A stretch of 64,000 nt of DNA from Porphyridium purpureum. Lineage: Eukaryota. The notes under the pieces are model-generated. The model saw only the letters and a list, made by a program, of their open reading frames with translations. It made no database searches and was not told where the DNA came from. This document shows, piece after piece, positions 51,677 to 62,111 of this stretch. The stretch spans positions 558,001 through 622,000 of the forward strand of contig VRMN01000005.1 in the NCBI GenBank assembly GCA_008690995.1, in the 5' to 3' direction. The translations under genes and the position numbers were made by a program. The first letter of the stretch is position 1; every line of letters begins with the position of its first letter.

Positions 51677-53020
51677 ATGGCGGCAGATGGCACGACGACG
51701 GAAGTGGTGTTGGTGCGGCTTCTTCCGGATGAATTATGGCATGACATTCTGCGGCACGTGAGCGCAGAGGATTTTGTGCGCGCGGCGGCTGTGTCCAGGC
51801 GATGGCGGACCTACACCAAAGCACTGCAGGGTGAGTTCTGGCTGCGCCAACTACGCCAGCTCGTCGGCTGGACACTCAATGAAGAAGTCTTGGAACGCAT
51901 ACATCCTGCAGATAGGAAAGCGGCCTACGTGCGCGAGTATTTGATGAGGAAAAGGTATTGTACGGACGTGTCAGAAGGCGGCGGAAGTATTGCCGTTTTG
52001 GGCGGTAACAACAGCACTGAGAGCACACAAATGCCGCGCGCCTTTCCATATGTCGCTGTACCAGAAGTGATGCGTACATTGACCGAAAAGGGACCACCGC
52101 TGGGAGTGTCACATACGATATTTACAGATATGGCTGTCTCGAACACGGGACATGCGGTGTTCTGCTCGTCAAGCATCGGCACACTCAAGTTTGCTAAACT
52201 GTACATTGACGACAAAGGCATTCAGGAGCAAGCGGGTGAGCTTGCCTACCGAATTCCATTCTGCCGACGTTCGCACGCAACAGGTGTCGCACTCAGTCCA
52301 GATAATGCGCTTCTTGCGTCCGCTTCGCCGTACAAGTTGTCAGTTTTCGACATTGAGAAGGACGCCGAGTATGCTCGCTTTGATATTGATGTGGTATCGC
52401 TGTTGACGCTGGGCAGAACAGATTCGCTAGCGTACACATCGAATGATGCCGCCGTGAGGATCATGAATATTTTCAACAAGGAAAAAATGTCGCATGGTCA
52501 GATGAGCGAGATGCAGGGCCACGAGGATTGGGTGCGATGCCTCGCATCCCTCTCCAGAGATGGAAGTCGAATCGTTTCAGGCGCAGACGATCGCAGCTGG
52601 TGCGTGTGGGACACGTCGATTGCGTCACTTCAGCGCCGCTACGAGGACGCCCATCAGTATATGGTGCGCTCAGTAGCTGCGTGCGGACCCTCGCTGTTTG
52701 CAAGTGCAGATATTTGTGACATCAAGCTTTGGGATATTCGCGACAGTAACCCGTCGCTCGTATCATTGAAAAATAATGGACCCAGAAATCCAGCGTCGCT
52801 TGCGCTCGCGCTTTCTGACACAGGCTCGAGTCTAGCGGTGGGATACGAAGCGTCGGTGTTCGTCTTTGACACGCGAAACCTTTCACGTGCGGTGAATCTT
52901 CTGGTCATGCCGACAGGATCGATGAGCTGTCGTCTGGAATTCACAGAATCGGCTCTTTGGATTTGTGGGACCGACTTTGTGACGGCATGGGACTTGTCTA
53001 CTCCAGTCAGCTTCTCGTAG
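51677..53020 (+). CDS. F-box/WD40 repeat protein
   Basis: F-box LLPDELWHDILRHVSAEDFVRAAAVSRRWR, WD repeats GHEDWVRCL...VSGADDRSWCVWD and IKLWD. Confidence 0.88.
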   Translation: MAADGTTTEVVLVRLLPDELWHDILRHVSAEDFVRAAAVSRRWRTYTKALQGEFWLRQLRQLVGWTLNEEVLERIHPADRKAAYVREYLMRKRYCTDVSEGGGSIAVLGGNNSTESTQMPRAFPYVAVPEVMRTLTEKGPPLGVSHTIFTDMAVSNTGHAVFCSSSIGTLKFAKLYIDDKGIQEQAGELAYRIPFCRRSHATGVALSPDNALLASASPYKLSVFDIEKDAEYARFDIDVVSLLTLGRTDSLAYTSNDAAVRIMNIFNKEKMSHGQMSEMQGHEDWVRCLASLSRDGSRIVSGADDRSWCVWDTSIASLQRRYEDAHQYMVRSVAACGPSLFASADICDIKLWDIRDSNPSLVSLKNNGPRNPASLALALSDTGSSLAVGYEASVFVFDTRNLSRAVNLLVMPTGSMSCRLEFTESALWICGTDFVTAWDLSTPVSFS

Positions 53021-53314
53021 AATAGGGTATCATCCGCGTCTCACAAAGGTAAAGCCTGCATCGTTTCGCTCCCTTCTAAACGGGTTGAAAATGATCATAC
53101 TGTCATGCGCGAAGGTGTCTCACTAGACTTCCTTGCCGTGTTTTCCTCGTGTTCTCCAACCAAGAGAATGCATGCGGCACACATGCATGGACAAAAATTT
53201 CCGGGTATGCTGTTCACGCCGAGATTCTGACCTGCGCGGCTTTCCAACGCAGCGCTCCTCCTTTTTCAGACCACGCTGACACATAGTGCAATCGCGACAG
53301 TAAGTGGGACAGAT

Positions 53315-54241
53315 TCAGCCGCAGACTGCCGGGAGATGCTGATTACAGCCCGGCACGTCGGAAGTCAGCGTTGCTGCGCTTGAACAGTGATGATGTAAAG
53401 CTGTGTTGTGCATCCGGCGAGCACGCGCAATGCTAGACGCACTGGCTTGGTAAGACATTATCGCGCGCACAAAGTGCCAAACGCTCAGGTTGGGCCACAG
53501 AGCGTGCATAAAGACAATGTGCGCGAACATGCTTTGCCACAGCAGAAAGTCGCTCAAACGGTTCTCCCCCGAGGTGCGGATCAGCAAGTCCGGGAAGGAA
53601 GCCCCAGTCATCAGAGAATGCTCAACTGTGCGTTCGGTGCACTCGAATTGTGTATCCTGCTGCATAGCACGCGCCTGGTCGAGCAATGCTGCTGCAATTT
53701 CGGCGCGCGAGGTGTACGCGAAGCATATATTGAGCACGCGTTCGTCGTATTGCGCAGTAGCGAGCTCGGCGCTGTTCATGACGCTCTGAAGCTGCGGGTC
53801 AAGCAAGTGGCGCTCGCCAAGCACGCGCACGCGAAAGCGGTACTTGTGCACAACATCCTCTCTGTTCAGCATCTCGGTAAACTTTTGCTTGGCGAGCTGC
53901 ATGATACTATCAACCTCGTGCTGCGAGCGCTTAAAGTTCTCCAGCGAGAAGGCATACACTGTAACTTGTTCTACCTGCGCGTCATGACACCATTCGAGCG
54001 CATCCATCAGTTTGTCGGAGCCTTTAGGGTGGCCGTCTGACCCGGGCATGCCCAGCTGCCTCGCCCACCGGCGATTCCCATCCATCACAAATGCTACGTG
54101 CCGAGGCAACGGACCCGGCCCGCACCACCGCAGCACCGCGAACACACCTCGACGTATTGGCCTCGAGCGTGGCGCAAGCCAAAGCGCCACCGCAGCCACC
54201 ACCGCAACACCCACAATCATCGTCAGCAGCATCATCACCAT
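53315..54241 (-). CDS. DHDDS: cis-prenyltransferase (dehydrodolichyl diphosphate synthase)
   Basis: PRHVAFVMDGNRRWA, VYAFSLENFKRS, ICFAYTSRAEI, PDLLIRTSGENRLSDFLLWQ, with an N-terminal hydrophobic segment. Confidence 0.95.
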   Translation of the reverse strand: MVMMLLTMIVGVAVVAAVALWLAPRSRPIRRGVFAVLRWCGPGPLPRHVAFVMDGNRRWARQLGMPGSDGHPKGSDKLMDALEWCHDAQVEQVTVYAFSLENFKRSQHEVDSIMQLAKQKFTEMLNREDVVHKYRFRVRVLGERHLLDPQLQSVMNSAELATAQYDERVLNICFAYTSRAEIAAALLDQARAMQQDTQFECTERTVEHSLMTGASFPDLLIRTSGENRLSDFLLWQSMFAHIVFMHALWPNLSVWHFVRAIMSYQASASSIARARRMHNTALHHHCSSAATLTSDVPGCNQHLPAVCG

Positions 54242-54289
54242 GCTGACCCTCCAGCGCAAAGACGTCTGAGGTCTGACGATTAGGCAAAG

Positions 54290-54722
54290 ATGGCGGCGTC
54301 GGCGCGCTCAAAGACCAAAGCAGCACCGCGGGTGCCGCTGACGTTCAAGCAGCTGCTTGCGCGCACGCTTCCAATGGTACGTACGACGCGTGACACGCTC
54401 TGATCGGAACTCGAGGCAGCGCGGTAGCAGAGACTGACGGAACGTTCCTGTGTCCCTTGTGTGCGAGCATGTGTGTTTGTGTGTGTGCGTTGTTGTCCTT
54501 GTGTTTGTGTCGATTCGACTGCGACGTTTCTCACAGTGCTTTGTCCTTGGCATGGGCATCGAGTGGTTTATGATTAATGTGCCTGTCGGCGGGCGCAATT
54601 TTTACGATGTGGCGTTGCAAAAGGCGGCCGAGCGGCGTGCCGCGCGTATTGAAGCACAACGAGAAGCTCAGCAAGCCCAGACGCCCGACAAGTCTCCAGT
54701 GCAGATTCGAAACGACGAGTAG
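54290..54722 (+). CDS. SMIM4: SMIM4/UQCC5-like mitochondrial microprotein, two exons (54290-54376 and 54537-54722)
   Basis: Intron 54377-54536 (GTACGT...ACTGAC...CACAG) joins MAASARSKTKAAPRVPLTFKQLLARTLPM to CFVLGMGIEWFMINVPVGGRNFYDVALQKAAERR..., matching the SMIM4 pattern LPxxFVLGxxxEWxMIxVxVGxxxFYDV. Confidence 0.85.
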
Positions 54723-54914
54723 CTACTTGCGCCTTGCGTATCCGGCCATCCGCGCTTGCTGCCTTGCCCTTTGTGATGCTAGATGTGCGATGTAAAGTTT
54801 TGTTGTTTGGATACAAGGCTGACGTCACTGGCGTAACTATCGCGGAGTAGTGGCAAGAGTTTGACTGGAAGACCCTTCAGGGTGAGCGGAAGGGGCCGGG
54901 AACCGGTTACGGCG

Positions 54915-56186
54915 ATGCGGAAGACAGGGTCTACAGGATCGTTTCTGTCAGTTGGCGCAGGTGTTACGCCCGGAGCTGATGGTGCCTCGGCGTATCCAGG
55001 TGCAGGGGATGTTCATATGCTTGGGGAAGAGGCTGCGAAAGGCGAAACAAAGCACGCGCGCGTGGAGATGGGCACGAACCAAGGGTCTGACGGTGCGTTA
55101 AAGCATCAGCCCAAGTGCATCCTGCTCACGGGTGGCGCTGGCTTTATCGGATCGCACGTGGCGGAACGCCTCGTGCACAGGTATCCGGAGTATAAAATCG
55201 TGGTATTAGACAGGCTCGACTACTGTGGCGCGCCAGAAAACTTACGGGAGCTGGAGCAGTGCTCCAACTTTAAATTCGTGCGCGGCGACATTCGCTCCAA
55301 GTCGCTGCTCGACTACTTGCTGCGCGCGGAGCAGATTGACACGGTCATGCACTTTGCCGCGTCGACGCACGTCGACAACTCGTTCCAGTCCTCAATCTCG
55401 TTCACATCCAACAATGTGCTTGGCACACATGTGCTGCTGGAATGCGCGCGCGAGTACGGCCGCATCCAGCGTTTCATGCATGTGTCGACAGACGAAGTGT
55501 ACGGTGGCGAGACCGACATGCGTAACACTGAGGAGTCCATGCTCGCTCCGACTAACCCGTATGCGTGCACAAAGGCTGCGGCTGAGTTTATCTGTCGCGC
55601 ATACTCAATATCGTACGGGCTACCCATTGTGATGACGCGTGGAAACAATGTCTATGGGCCGAGGCAGTACCCGGACAAGTTGATCGCCAAAAGCGCCACT
55701 CTTCTCGCTATGGGAAAGCACGCATTCATTCACGGCGACGGACGCCACCGGCGCTCATACATCTACGTGGTCGACTGCGCCGAAGCATTTGACGTGATTC
55801 TGCACCGCGCCGAAACGGGCGGCGTGTACAACTTGGGCTCGGAGCAGGAAATCTCGAACCTTGACGTGGTGCGGCGCCTGGTGCGACTGACCAATTCGCC
55901 GAGCGACTCAGCGGCGGAGCTCAGCGACGAAGAGTGCGACCGGTGGATCGACTTTAGCGTCGACCGCGCGTTCAACGACCGCCGTTACCCGGTAGACATG
56001 ACTCGGCTCCAAGGCCTTGGGTGGCAGCCGCGCACGCAATTTGCGGACGGACTTGCGCAGACCGCACAGTGGTACGCGGACCCGGCAAACCTCGTTCGCT
56101 GGCCTGGCTTCCTGAACAAACTGGTGGCGCACCCGGCGCTCGACACGAACGGCGCCAACACGGAGCAGCTGTTCTTCATCGAATGA
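54915..56186 (+). CDS. NDP(UDP/dTDP)-glucose 4,6-dehydratase (RHM N-terminal domain type)
   Basis: [54 protein letters not shown] (YxxxK), TRGNNVYGPRQYPDK, DRAFNDRRY. Confidence 0.95.
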   Translation: MRKTGSTGSFLSVGAGVTPGADGASAYPGAGDVHMLGEEAAKGETKHARVEMGTNQGSDGALKHQPKCILLTGGAGFIGSHVAERLVHRYPEYKIVVLDRLDYCGAPENLRELEQCSNFKFVRGDIRSKSLLDYLLRAEQIDTVMHFAASTHVDNSFQSSISFTSNNVLGTHVLLECAREYGRIQRFMHVSTDEVYGGETDMRNTEESMLAPTNPYACTKAAAEFICRAYSISYGLPIVMTRGNNVYGPRQYPDKLIAKSATLLAMGKHAFIHGDGRHRRSYIYVVDCAEAFDVILHRAETGGVYNLGSEQEISNLDVVRRLVRLTNSPSDSAAELSDEECDRWIDFSVDRAFNDRRYPVDMTRLQGLGWQPRTQFADGLAQTAQWYADPANLVRWPGFLNKLVAHPALDTNGANTEQLFFIE

Positions 56187-56318
56187 CACCACGCGTTCAG
56201 ATGAAAACCCAATAAACAAGGTACAGTAGTGAACCGAGATGAGCGAGCACTGTCAGTCTGGGACGCACTGTATGCACGCCCAGGACGCATCCGGTTTATC
56301 GGCTCTGCCTGCACGCAC

Positions 56319-56346
56319 GCAGTAGCAGTAGCAGTAGCAGTAGCAG
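56319..56346 (+). repeat. (GCAGTA)4.7 hexanucleotide repeat
   Basis: Direct reading. Confidence 0.85.
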
Positions 56347-56630
56347 GGACAACGGCCTGGTGTTGCTGCTGCCAAGGCCTGTTGTGCGGTGCAGCGACCG
56401 GCGCTCGGCACTGGCGTGGTGATCGACCGAGTCCTCTGAGCGTCCGCTGGCAGCAGGAATGGTCTGTGCGACGCACGATCTGACTGGCTCCAGCGCATTC
56501 TGAACGGGGCCGGCGCCGACTCGCAGAGCCGCACCGCCTGGGTCAATGGATGCGTGCCCAAGCCCGGCGATACGTTGCGTTGGATCTGTGGCGCCACAGA
56601 ATTTAAGCGCCCAGAGTGCGGCCAGCGGAA

Positions 56631-58334
56631 ATGTCGGCAGACAGAGATGCATGCTCCGATGCTGGAGAACCAATGACCGATGCCGTCGTCGCTCACAGTC
56701 CTGCCCGCAGCCGCCGAAGCAGCACCAGCAGCGACAACGGCAGGACTGACAGCAGCGACAGCAGTCACGAAAGCGCCAGAAGCAACAGTCATGGGCAAAG
56801 CATCTCTCGTCGCCATATCCACGAAACCGCCAAAGACGCGAGTTCCAGTATTGCCGACTTTTCAGAGAGAATCATGAAAGCAGAGCTCGGTGCTCGAGGC
56901 GATTTCGAGGAGTGGCTGTGTGCGGTGGTCACTTTACCTCCTCCAGCTCGCGAGTCGGCTCACCAGAAAAGCGTCTCCGTGGAGCCGCAGCGGCACCATC
57001 AGAAGCAGCGCCAACGCCCACAAGTCAGTCACGAACAGCAGATCTCCATGCTGTTTGAAGCCGTCGCGAGGCGGATGCTGACATGCTCTGACCAAATCAT
57101 GCTTCACGCGCAAATACTCAAAGAGGCCGAGCTCATCGATCGCGATGTTGCCGTCTCCAAACACCTGCTCACTTATGGCCTGCTTCAATACGTGAAAAAA
57201 GCCATTCTATGGCACTACTCACGAGGAGAGATTAAGCTCCACTCACGCACTCACAGAAACATTCAACGAAACGTGTGCTTGGTACGAGTGCTATGCGAGG
57301 TATGGGCATACCATGACTTCATCTCGACCACCGCCGCGACGTTTCTCATCGAATTTTCCGCCGACCCGGAGCTGTCGGCTAGCTGTTTGAGTCCTCTATT
57401 TGACGGAGGCTCATCCGCCTTTTTAAGGAGAGCGTGGTCTTCTTCGCAAAATACTCAAGAATATTTGCTGCTGACGTCCACCAAGCTTGCGTGGGTGAAG
57501 CTGAACGAACAACTCGGAAATATGCACAATGTCCTGTCGGACACGGTCGGCCTCCATACTATGCAATCAAATCTACCGCAAGCTCGGCGGCGGCAGCAGC
57601 AGCAGCATGAGGAAGAGGAGGAGCAGGAGGAGCCCTGCGAAGTGCAGCAGCTCGCGACAGGTGAAACTGAGCGTCCGATGAGCGCCGAGGCCATTCTGGT
57701 CGAGGTGTTCTCGAAAGTGTACGAAGAGTGCCTTTCTGGTGCGTACGAAGAACTGCGGGACTCAACGAGGCTGAGCCTCCTACTACTCGCATCGTACTTG
57801 GATTTCCGCACCATGTACGAGTCTTTCTTCCGCATCAGCTTTTGGAACAAGCTGTCGTGCCATCGCGACGAGGAGCGAATTTTCAAGGCGCTCGTGCGTA
57901 TCGGCCTGCGAGTGCTTGTAATCCTTTGCGGCCGCTTTTTGCGCGACCGCGATGGAAATGCACGCACCAGCACAAGCGCGCGCAGCTCCAGGCGCACAGC
58001 CCTGCGTGACAACCATACCGTTCCAGAAAGAATGCAAACAGAGCCGGAGCGCGCCGGCCCAGCTGGATCTGGCGTCGTGGACAGTGCGGGTACATGGACG
58101 GGCACTTCCAGAAGCACGTACTCGGCGCGTGAGCAGGATTACCGGCGACAGTCACTGGCCCTTGCTCTCATTCTCGACAAGTTCAGCCTGTTGCTCGGCA
58201 TCCCCAGCCTCGACCATGAGCTCCGCGCCATGGTCGCCACGTACCTCGAGCAAATCACCGACCTGCTGCCGAGTGATGTTGCCGCGCGCTTGCATACTTT
58301 CCGCCATCGCGATGAGGTTCAATTTTATGCGTAG
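56631..58334 (+). CDS. Hypothetical protein (Ser-rich N-terminus, helical body)
   Basis: 567-aa open frame from ATG 56631. No family recognised. Confidence 0.7.
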   Translation: MSADRDACSDAGEPMTDAVVAHSPARSRRSSTSSDNGRTDSSDSSHESARSNSHGQSISRRHIHETAKDASSSIADFSERIMKAELGARGDFEEWLCAVVTLPPPARESAHQKSVSVEPQRHHQKQRQRPQVSHEQQISMLFEAVARRMLTCSDQIMLHAQILKEAELIDRDVAVSKHLLTYGLLQYVKKAILWHYSRGEIKLHSRTHRNIQRNVCLVRVLCEVWAYHDFISTTAATFLIEFSADPELSASCLSPLFDGGSSAFLRRAWSSSQNTQEYLLLTSTKLAWVKLNEQLGNMHNVLSDTVGLHTMQSNLPQARRRQQQQHEEEEEQEEPCEVQQLATGETERPMSAEAILVEVFSKVYEECLSGAYEELRDSTRLSLLLLASYLDFRTMYESFFRISFWNKLSCHRDEERIFKALVRIGLRVLVILCGRFLRDRDGNARTSTSARSSRRTALRDNHTVPERMQTEPERAGPAGSGVVDSAGTWTGTSRSTYSAREQDYRRQSLALALILDKFSLLLGIPSLDHELRAMVATYLEQITDLLPSDVAARLHTFRHRDEVQFYA

Positions 58335-58465
58335 AGCACTCGTCCGTGTAAACAGATTCTCGCTCCACTTCTCGTTCCCCGCCTGCGCATCTGCACCTCT
58401 GAAAAGCGTTGTTCGTTTCGTCTAGCGATGAAGATTTGAGCTGCAGGAGAGAAAGAGAGAGTAAG

Positions 58466-59550
58466 ATGAGTGGCGAGGATGCGGCAAATGCGGCTCTTCC
58501 CGAGTCGCCTGAGCGGACAGACGCCGCCGCCGCCGGGGTAGCTGCTGACGGAGCAGAGTCGACGGTCGCGCCTTGCCCAGTCGCAGAGAACGAGCACGAT
58601 GCGAAACGTGCAGAGCCCGCGTTCGCATACGAGCGCGTGGCGGCGAAGCGCTTTAAAGCAGCGATGGAAGGTGGTCATGTGCGCGTGCGAGAAGAAGCAA
58701 AGCAGGATGGGGCTCTTGAAGTCGCCACTGGGAACTTGCCGCATGCAGTGGAGGTGATTGAAAACATGCACGCACTTTTCGGGACACCGCCCAATATGAG
58801 GACGAGGCATGTGGTGCCGCGCTCGCATGCGTTACGGAAGGAAAGTGAGGAGGAACGCGCCTTGAAGAGATACACAGCGACTGTGGCTCTCGTGACTGAG
58901 ATTTTTGGGTACTGCGATGCGCGACCTCCAGAGAAGGATGAGAGTGAATCTGGCGGAGACGTGGATGACGGCGTTGATGCGCTGCATCTCGTGCAGCGCT
59001 TTGTTGAAGAGCTGGACGCGCGGTCGAACGAGGTAGATCAACTCACCAGCCGCTGTGAAGACTTTGAAAAGAAATTTGCTGTCATCGAGCAGCTGACAAA
59101 GAAACTCGAGAATGTCGGCAGCGCAGACGAAGTTGCACGCATTCGGGCGCAGTTTGAGTCGCAGCTGAATGTCGAGCTCTGCCCTATACCGCCATTGGTA
59201 CGTTTTGCTTTTCAATCTGCCTTCTTACGTTTTCTAGTGTGCTGTGCGCGATGCCTAACAGAACCTTATCTCCTTGGTTCGCGGCACTTTGGTAATTTTG
59301 CAAGCGTCCACGCTTCGCACATCGTTTTGGCACGGTATGCTTTGATGTCCAGCAATTTGTTTTAGGGGGGAACATCAGAACTGATTCTTTTTGTGACTTT
59401 CTCGCCATTCCATCTTGTCTCGTTCTTTCACCACACGGACTCTTGCGTTGGTCGCAGGTTTCGCAGCAAAGGATCGAAGCGTCCCAGAGCAACAGTGAGC
59501 AAAGCGAGACCGTCGAAAAAGACGCGCCGCTTCGTCTCATCAAACTATGA
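58466..59550 (+). CDS. Coiled-coil protein, two exons (58466-59197 and 59458-59550), possibly SWI/SNF BAF57/Ssr4-related
   Basis: Intron 59198-59457 (GTACGT...ACTGAT...AG-free pyrimidine-rich tract...CGCAG) gives the in-frame end LCPIPPL|VSQQRIEAS...LRLIKL*. Motif ALKRYTATVALVTEIFG precedes a coiled coil. Confidence 0.7.
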
Positions 59551-59737
59551 TAAAGTCGGAATCTGCTTGCATTCGAAAGAACCGGTCCGAGGATCATAGT
59601 GTATGGAGTGAAGAGCCGACGTGACCCAAAAGGTAGACACGGATCCAGAGAGCGCTGCGGGCGCGACAATATGTCGGCAATATTTTCTTTTTCTTTTACT
59701 TACAGAGGGCATGCACTACGGAGGCACATCCGTGAGG

Positions 59738-60475
59738 CTAGCCAGAATGCGTCCAGCCCATGGAGAGTCCAAACGCCAATGTATAAAGTCCGGTAAATAT
59801 GGACATTCCTTCTTCGCTCAGTCGATCCAGGTGAACGAGCAGACGGCTGAGAGGCACGCGCTCGACCTCCAGGTACTCGTTCTCCTCTGGCCGTTCGATG
59901 GTTGTGGGCACATCCTGGTTTTCTTCGGCGTCGAGATTGACTTGTACGATCACGATGCACACCGTTTCACTGCTGAGGCCAGCTGATAGGTAGGTTGCTG
60001 GTGAGACGCCCAGCACGGAGCCTGTGAGCCCAGTCTCCTCTTTGAATTCGCGTAGCGCGGCGGCGCCGGGGCTCTCTCCCTTGTCAATGAGACCCGCAGG
60101 CAACTCGACGACCGTGCCTCCGGTGGCCGGGCGAAACTGCTTGACGAGCACGGTCTCTGGGGGCTGTTCTGGGTGTTTCCTCGATCGCATGACAGCAAAC
60201 ACGCACACCGCGTCTGCCGCGCGCTTGTACTTTGCCGCGTCGTCGCGCGGTGCGCCGTCAGCGTCAGCACTCGCGTCGTTCTCGACCTCCGCGTCGCCCT
60301 CCTCTCGCTTTGCCTTATCCTCCAGGGATTCATCCGGCTTGACTCGACTGACGCGATCCCACTTTCTACGGATGCCGAACGGCGTGGTGTACGTGAGCTT
60401 CTCGAGCCGCAGGAACCTCGTCTCTGCGACGGTCTCCACGGACTCCACCTTGGCCACCCCCAGCTTGCTCTCCAT
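59738..60475 (-). CDS. NUDT5: Nudix hydrolase, ADP-ribose/ADP-sugar pyrophosphatase (NUDT5/Ysa1-like)
   Basis: LVKQFRP, Nudix box ELPAGLIDKGESPGAAALREFKEETG, SAGLSSE. Confidence 0.9.
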   Translation of the reverse strand: MESKLGVAKVESVETVAETRFLRLEKLTYTTPFGIRRKWDRVSRVKPDESLEDKAKREEGDAEVENDASADADGAPRDDAAKYKRAADAVCVFAVMRSRKHPEQPPETVLVKQFRPATGGTVVELPAGLIDKGESPGAAALREFKEETGLTGSVLGVSPATYLSAGLSSETVCIVIVQVNLDAEENQDVPTTIERPEENEYLEVERVPLSRLLVHLDRLSEEGMSIFTGLYTLAFGLSMGWTHSG

Positions 60476-60783
60476 CTCACCAAGTAACCCACACCAAACA
60501 CTAACCACACACACCTCTCTCCCTGTATCGTTCTGCCGCTGTTCCTGTTCTCACAGGTCGGAAGCTCATTCAGTTATGGCACTCTTTCTCTCTCCCTCTC
60601 TGTGTCTCTCCTCAACCCGCCAGAAACCGCGCACACGCTGCTGTTCCACGACGCTCATGCCAAAATGCCACACACGACACACACTCGCTACTTACAGTCC
60701 TCGCGCACTACTAAAAACACCCCAAATGATCACACCGATCAACAACCCTAGACACGCCTACAAGAAACGCGCCCAAACGCGCC

Positions 60784-60829
60784 GAAACGCATAGAAACGC
60801 ATAGAAACGCATAGAAACGCATAGAAACG
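60784..60829 (+). repeat. (GAAACGCATA)4.6 minisatellite
   Basis: Direct reading; degenerate AAACGC units extend upstream to about 60763. Confidence 0.9.
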
Positions 60830-60857
60830 AGCCGAAAAGCGCGCGCGGGTGCACGAT

Positions 60858-60904
60858 GTACAGTGGGTACAGTGGGTACAGTGGGTATAGTGGGTACAGT
60901 GGGT
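60858..60904 (+). repeat. (GTACAGTGG)5 minisatellite
   Basis: Direct reading; one copy is GTATAGTGG. Confidence 0.9.
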
Positions 60905-61085
60905 CCAAGAGACGGATGAGGTTCAGTTTCCGGCGGTAGAGGTTCAGTGCGGACGTCGGGGGGATAAGTTGAAGTGGGGGAGAAGGGAGAGGCGGGGTTG
61001 GGAGAGAGGAAGAGAGGGAGAGAGAGGGTGCGGAAGAGAAGGGGTAGGAGCGATGGGTGGGAAGAGGGACGGAGGTGGGAAGCGG

Positions 61086-62111
61086 ATGGTGAATCAGCAG
61101 CTCGCGTCGTTTCTGGCGGGCGGGTTGGCGGGTGCGGTGTCCAGTACGATCACGTGTCCGCTGGAGGTCGTCAAGACCAAGCTGCAGGCGTCGACCCACG
61201 CGTCGCGCGACGCCGTGCGCGTCGTCGCCGCAGACATTCTGCGCGCGGAAGGCATCCGCGGGTTCTTCAGAGGTTGGATTCCCACGGTGATTGGGATTCT
61301 GCCCACGCGATCGATCTATTTCTGGGCATACTCCTCCACAAAGCACGCGCTGTCCGCGCGGCTCGGTGACACCGCCGCGCTCCACGTGCTGTCCGCGGCA
61401 CTGGCAGGCGTCTTTTCGAACACGTTCACAAACCCGATCTGGGCGCTCAAGACCCGAATGCAGCTCCAGGCGGGCGCGGGCGGATACTCGGGCTATGGCG
61501 ACGCCATTCGCACGATCTGGCGCACCGAAGGAATCAGCGGTTTCTTCCGAGGGCTTTCGGCAAGCTACTGGGGCGTCTCCGAGGGTGCCATCCACTTTGT
61601 CGTGTACGAAAAGCTCAAGAAGGCTATTCACGCGCGAAATGCCAAGCGTGCTCTCGCCCAGGACGCCAGTGCCGCGGGTGGGGCTTCAGGGACGGCGTCG
61701 CCTTCCTCGGTGACTTCTCTAGAATATCTGGTCACAGCGGGCATGAGCAAACTTCTCGCGTCTGCACTTACGTACCCTCACGAGGTGGTGCGCACACGCA
61801 TGCGGGAGATCCCGGCGCCCGGCCAGCTCCCAAAGTACCGCGGAATGATCCAATCCCTAATTCTTATCGGGAAGGAAGAGGGACGTGCAGGTTTGTACGC
61901 AGGCATGGGCACGCACCTGGCTCGTGTCGTGCCAAATACGGCGATCATGTTCCTGACTTTCGAAACGACGATCAAACTCGTGCAAAAGTACAACAACTCG
62001 CTCAAGATACAAGCAAGGTCCCGCTCTGATACCAAACAGGTGGTCTCGTTCGGGGAACGAACGGTGGCACCCAGAAGATCAGGCGCAATCTCACGGACAC
62101 TAAGTAGATAA
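61086..62111 (+). CDS. Mitochondrial carrier, RIM2/SLC25A33-36-like pyrimidine nucleotide transporter
   Basis: Three carrier repeats (TCPLEVVKTKLQ, TNPIWALKTRMQL, TYPHEVVRTRMRE), FRGLSASYWGVSE and HLARVVPNTAIMF. Alternative start at 61053. Confidence 0.92.
   Translation: MVNQQLASFLAGGLAGAVSSTITCPLEVVKTKLQASTHASRDAVRVVAADILRAEGIRGFFRGWIPTVIGILPTRSIYFWAYSSTKHALSARLGDTAALHVLSAALAGVFSNTFTNPIWALKTRMQLQAGAGGYSGYGDAIRTIWRTEGISGFFRGLSASYWGVSEGAIHFVVYEKLKKAIHARNAKRALAQDASAAGGASGTASPSSVTSLEYLVTAGMSKLLASALTYPHEVVRTRMREIPAPGQLPKYRGMIQSLILIGKEEGRAGLYAGMGTHLARVVPNTAIMFLTFETTIKLVQKYNNSLKIQARSRSDTKQVVSFGERTVAPRRSGAISRTLSR

Noticed and set aside
60784..60904. Short tandem repeats as a CRISPR array or telomeric repeats
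   Set aside because: No unique spacers, no cas genes, eukaryotic context, few copies and an internal promoter position.
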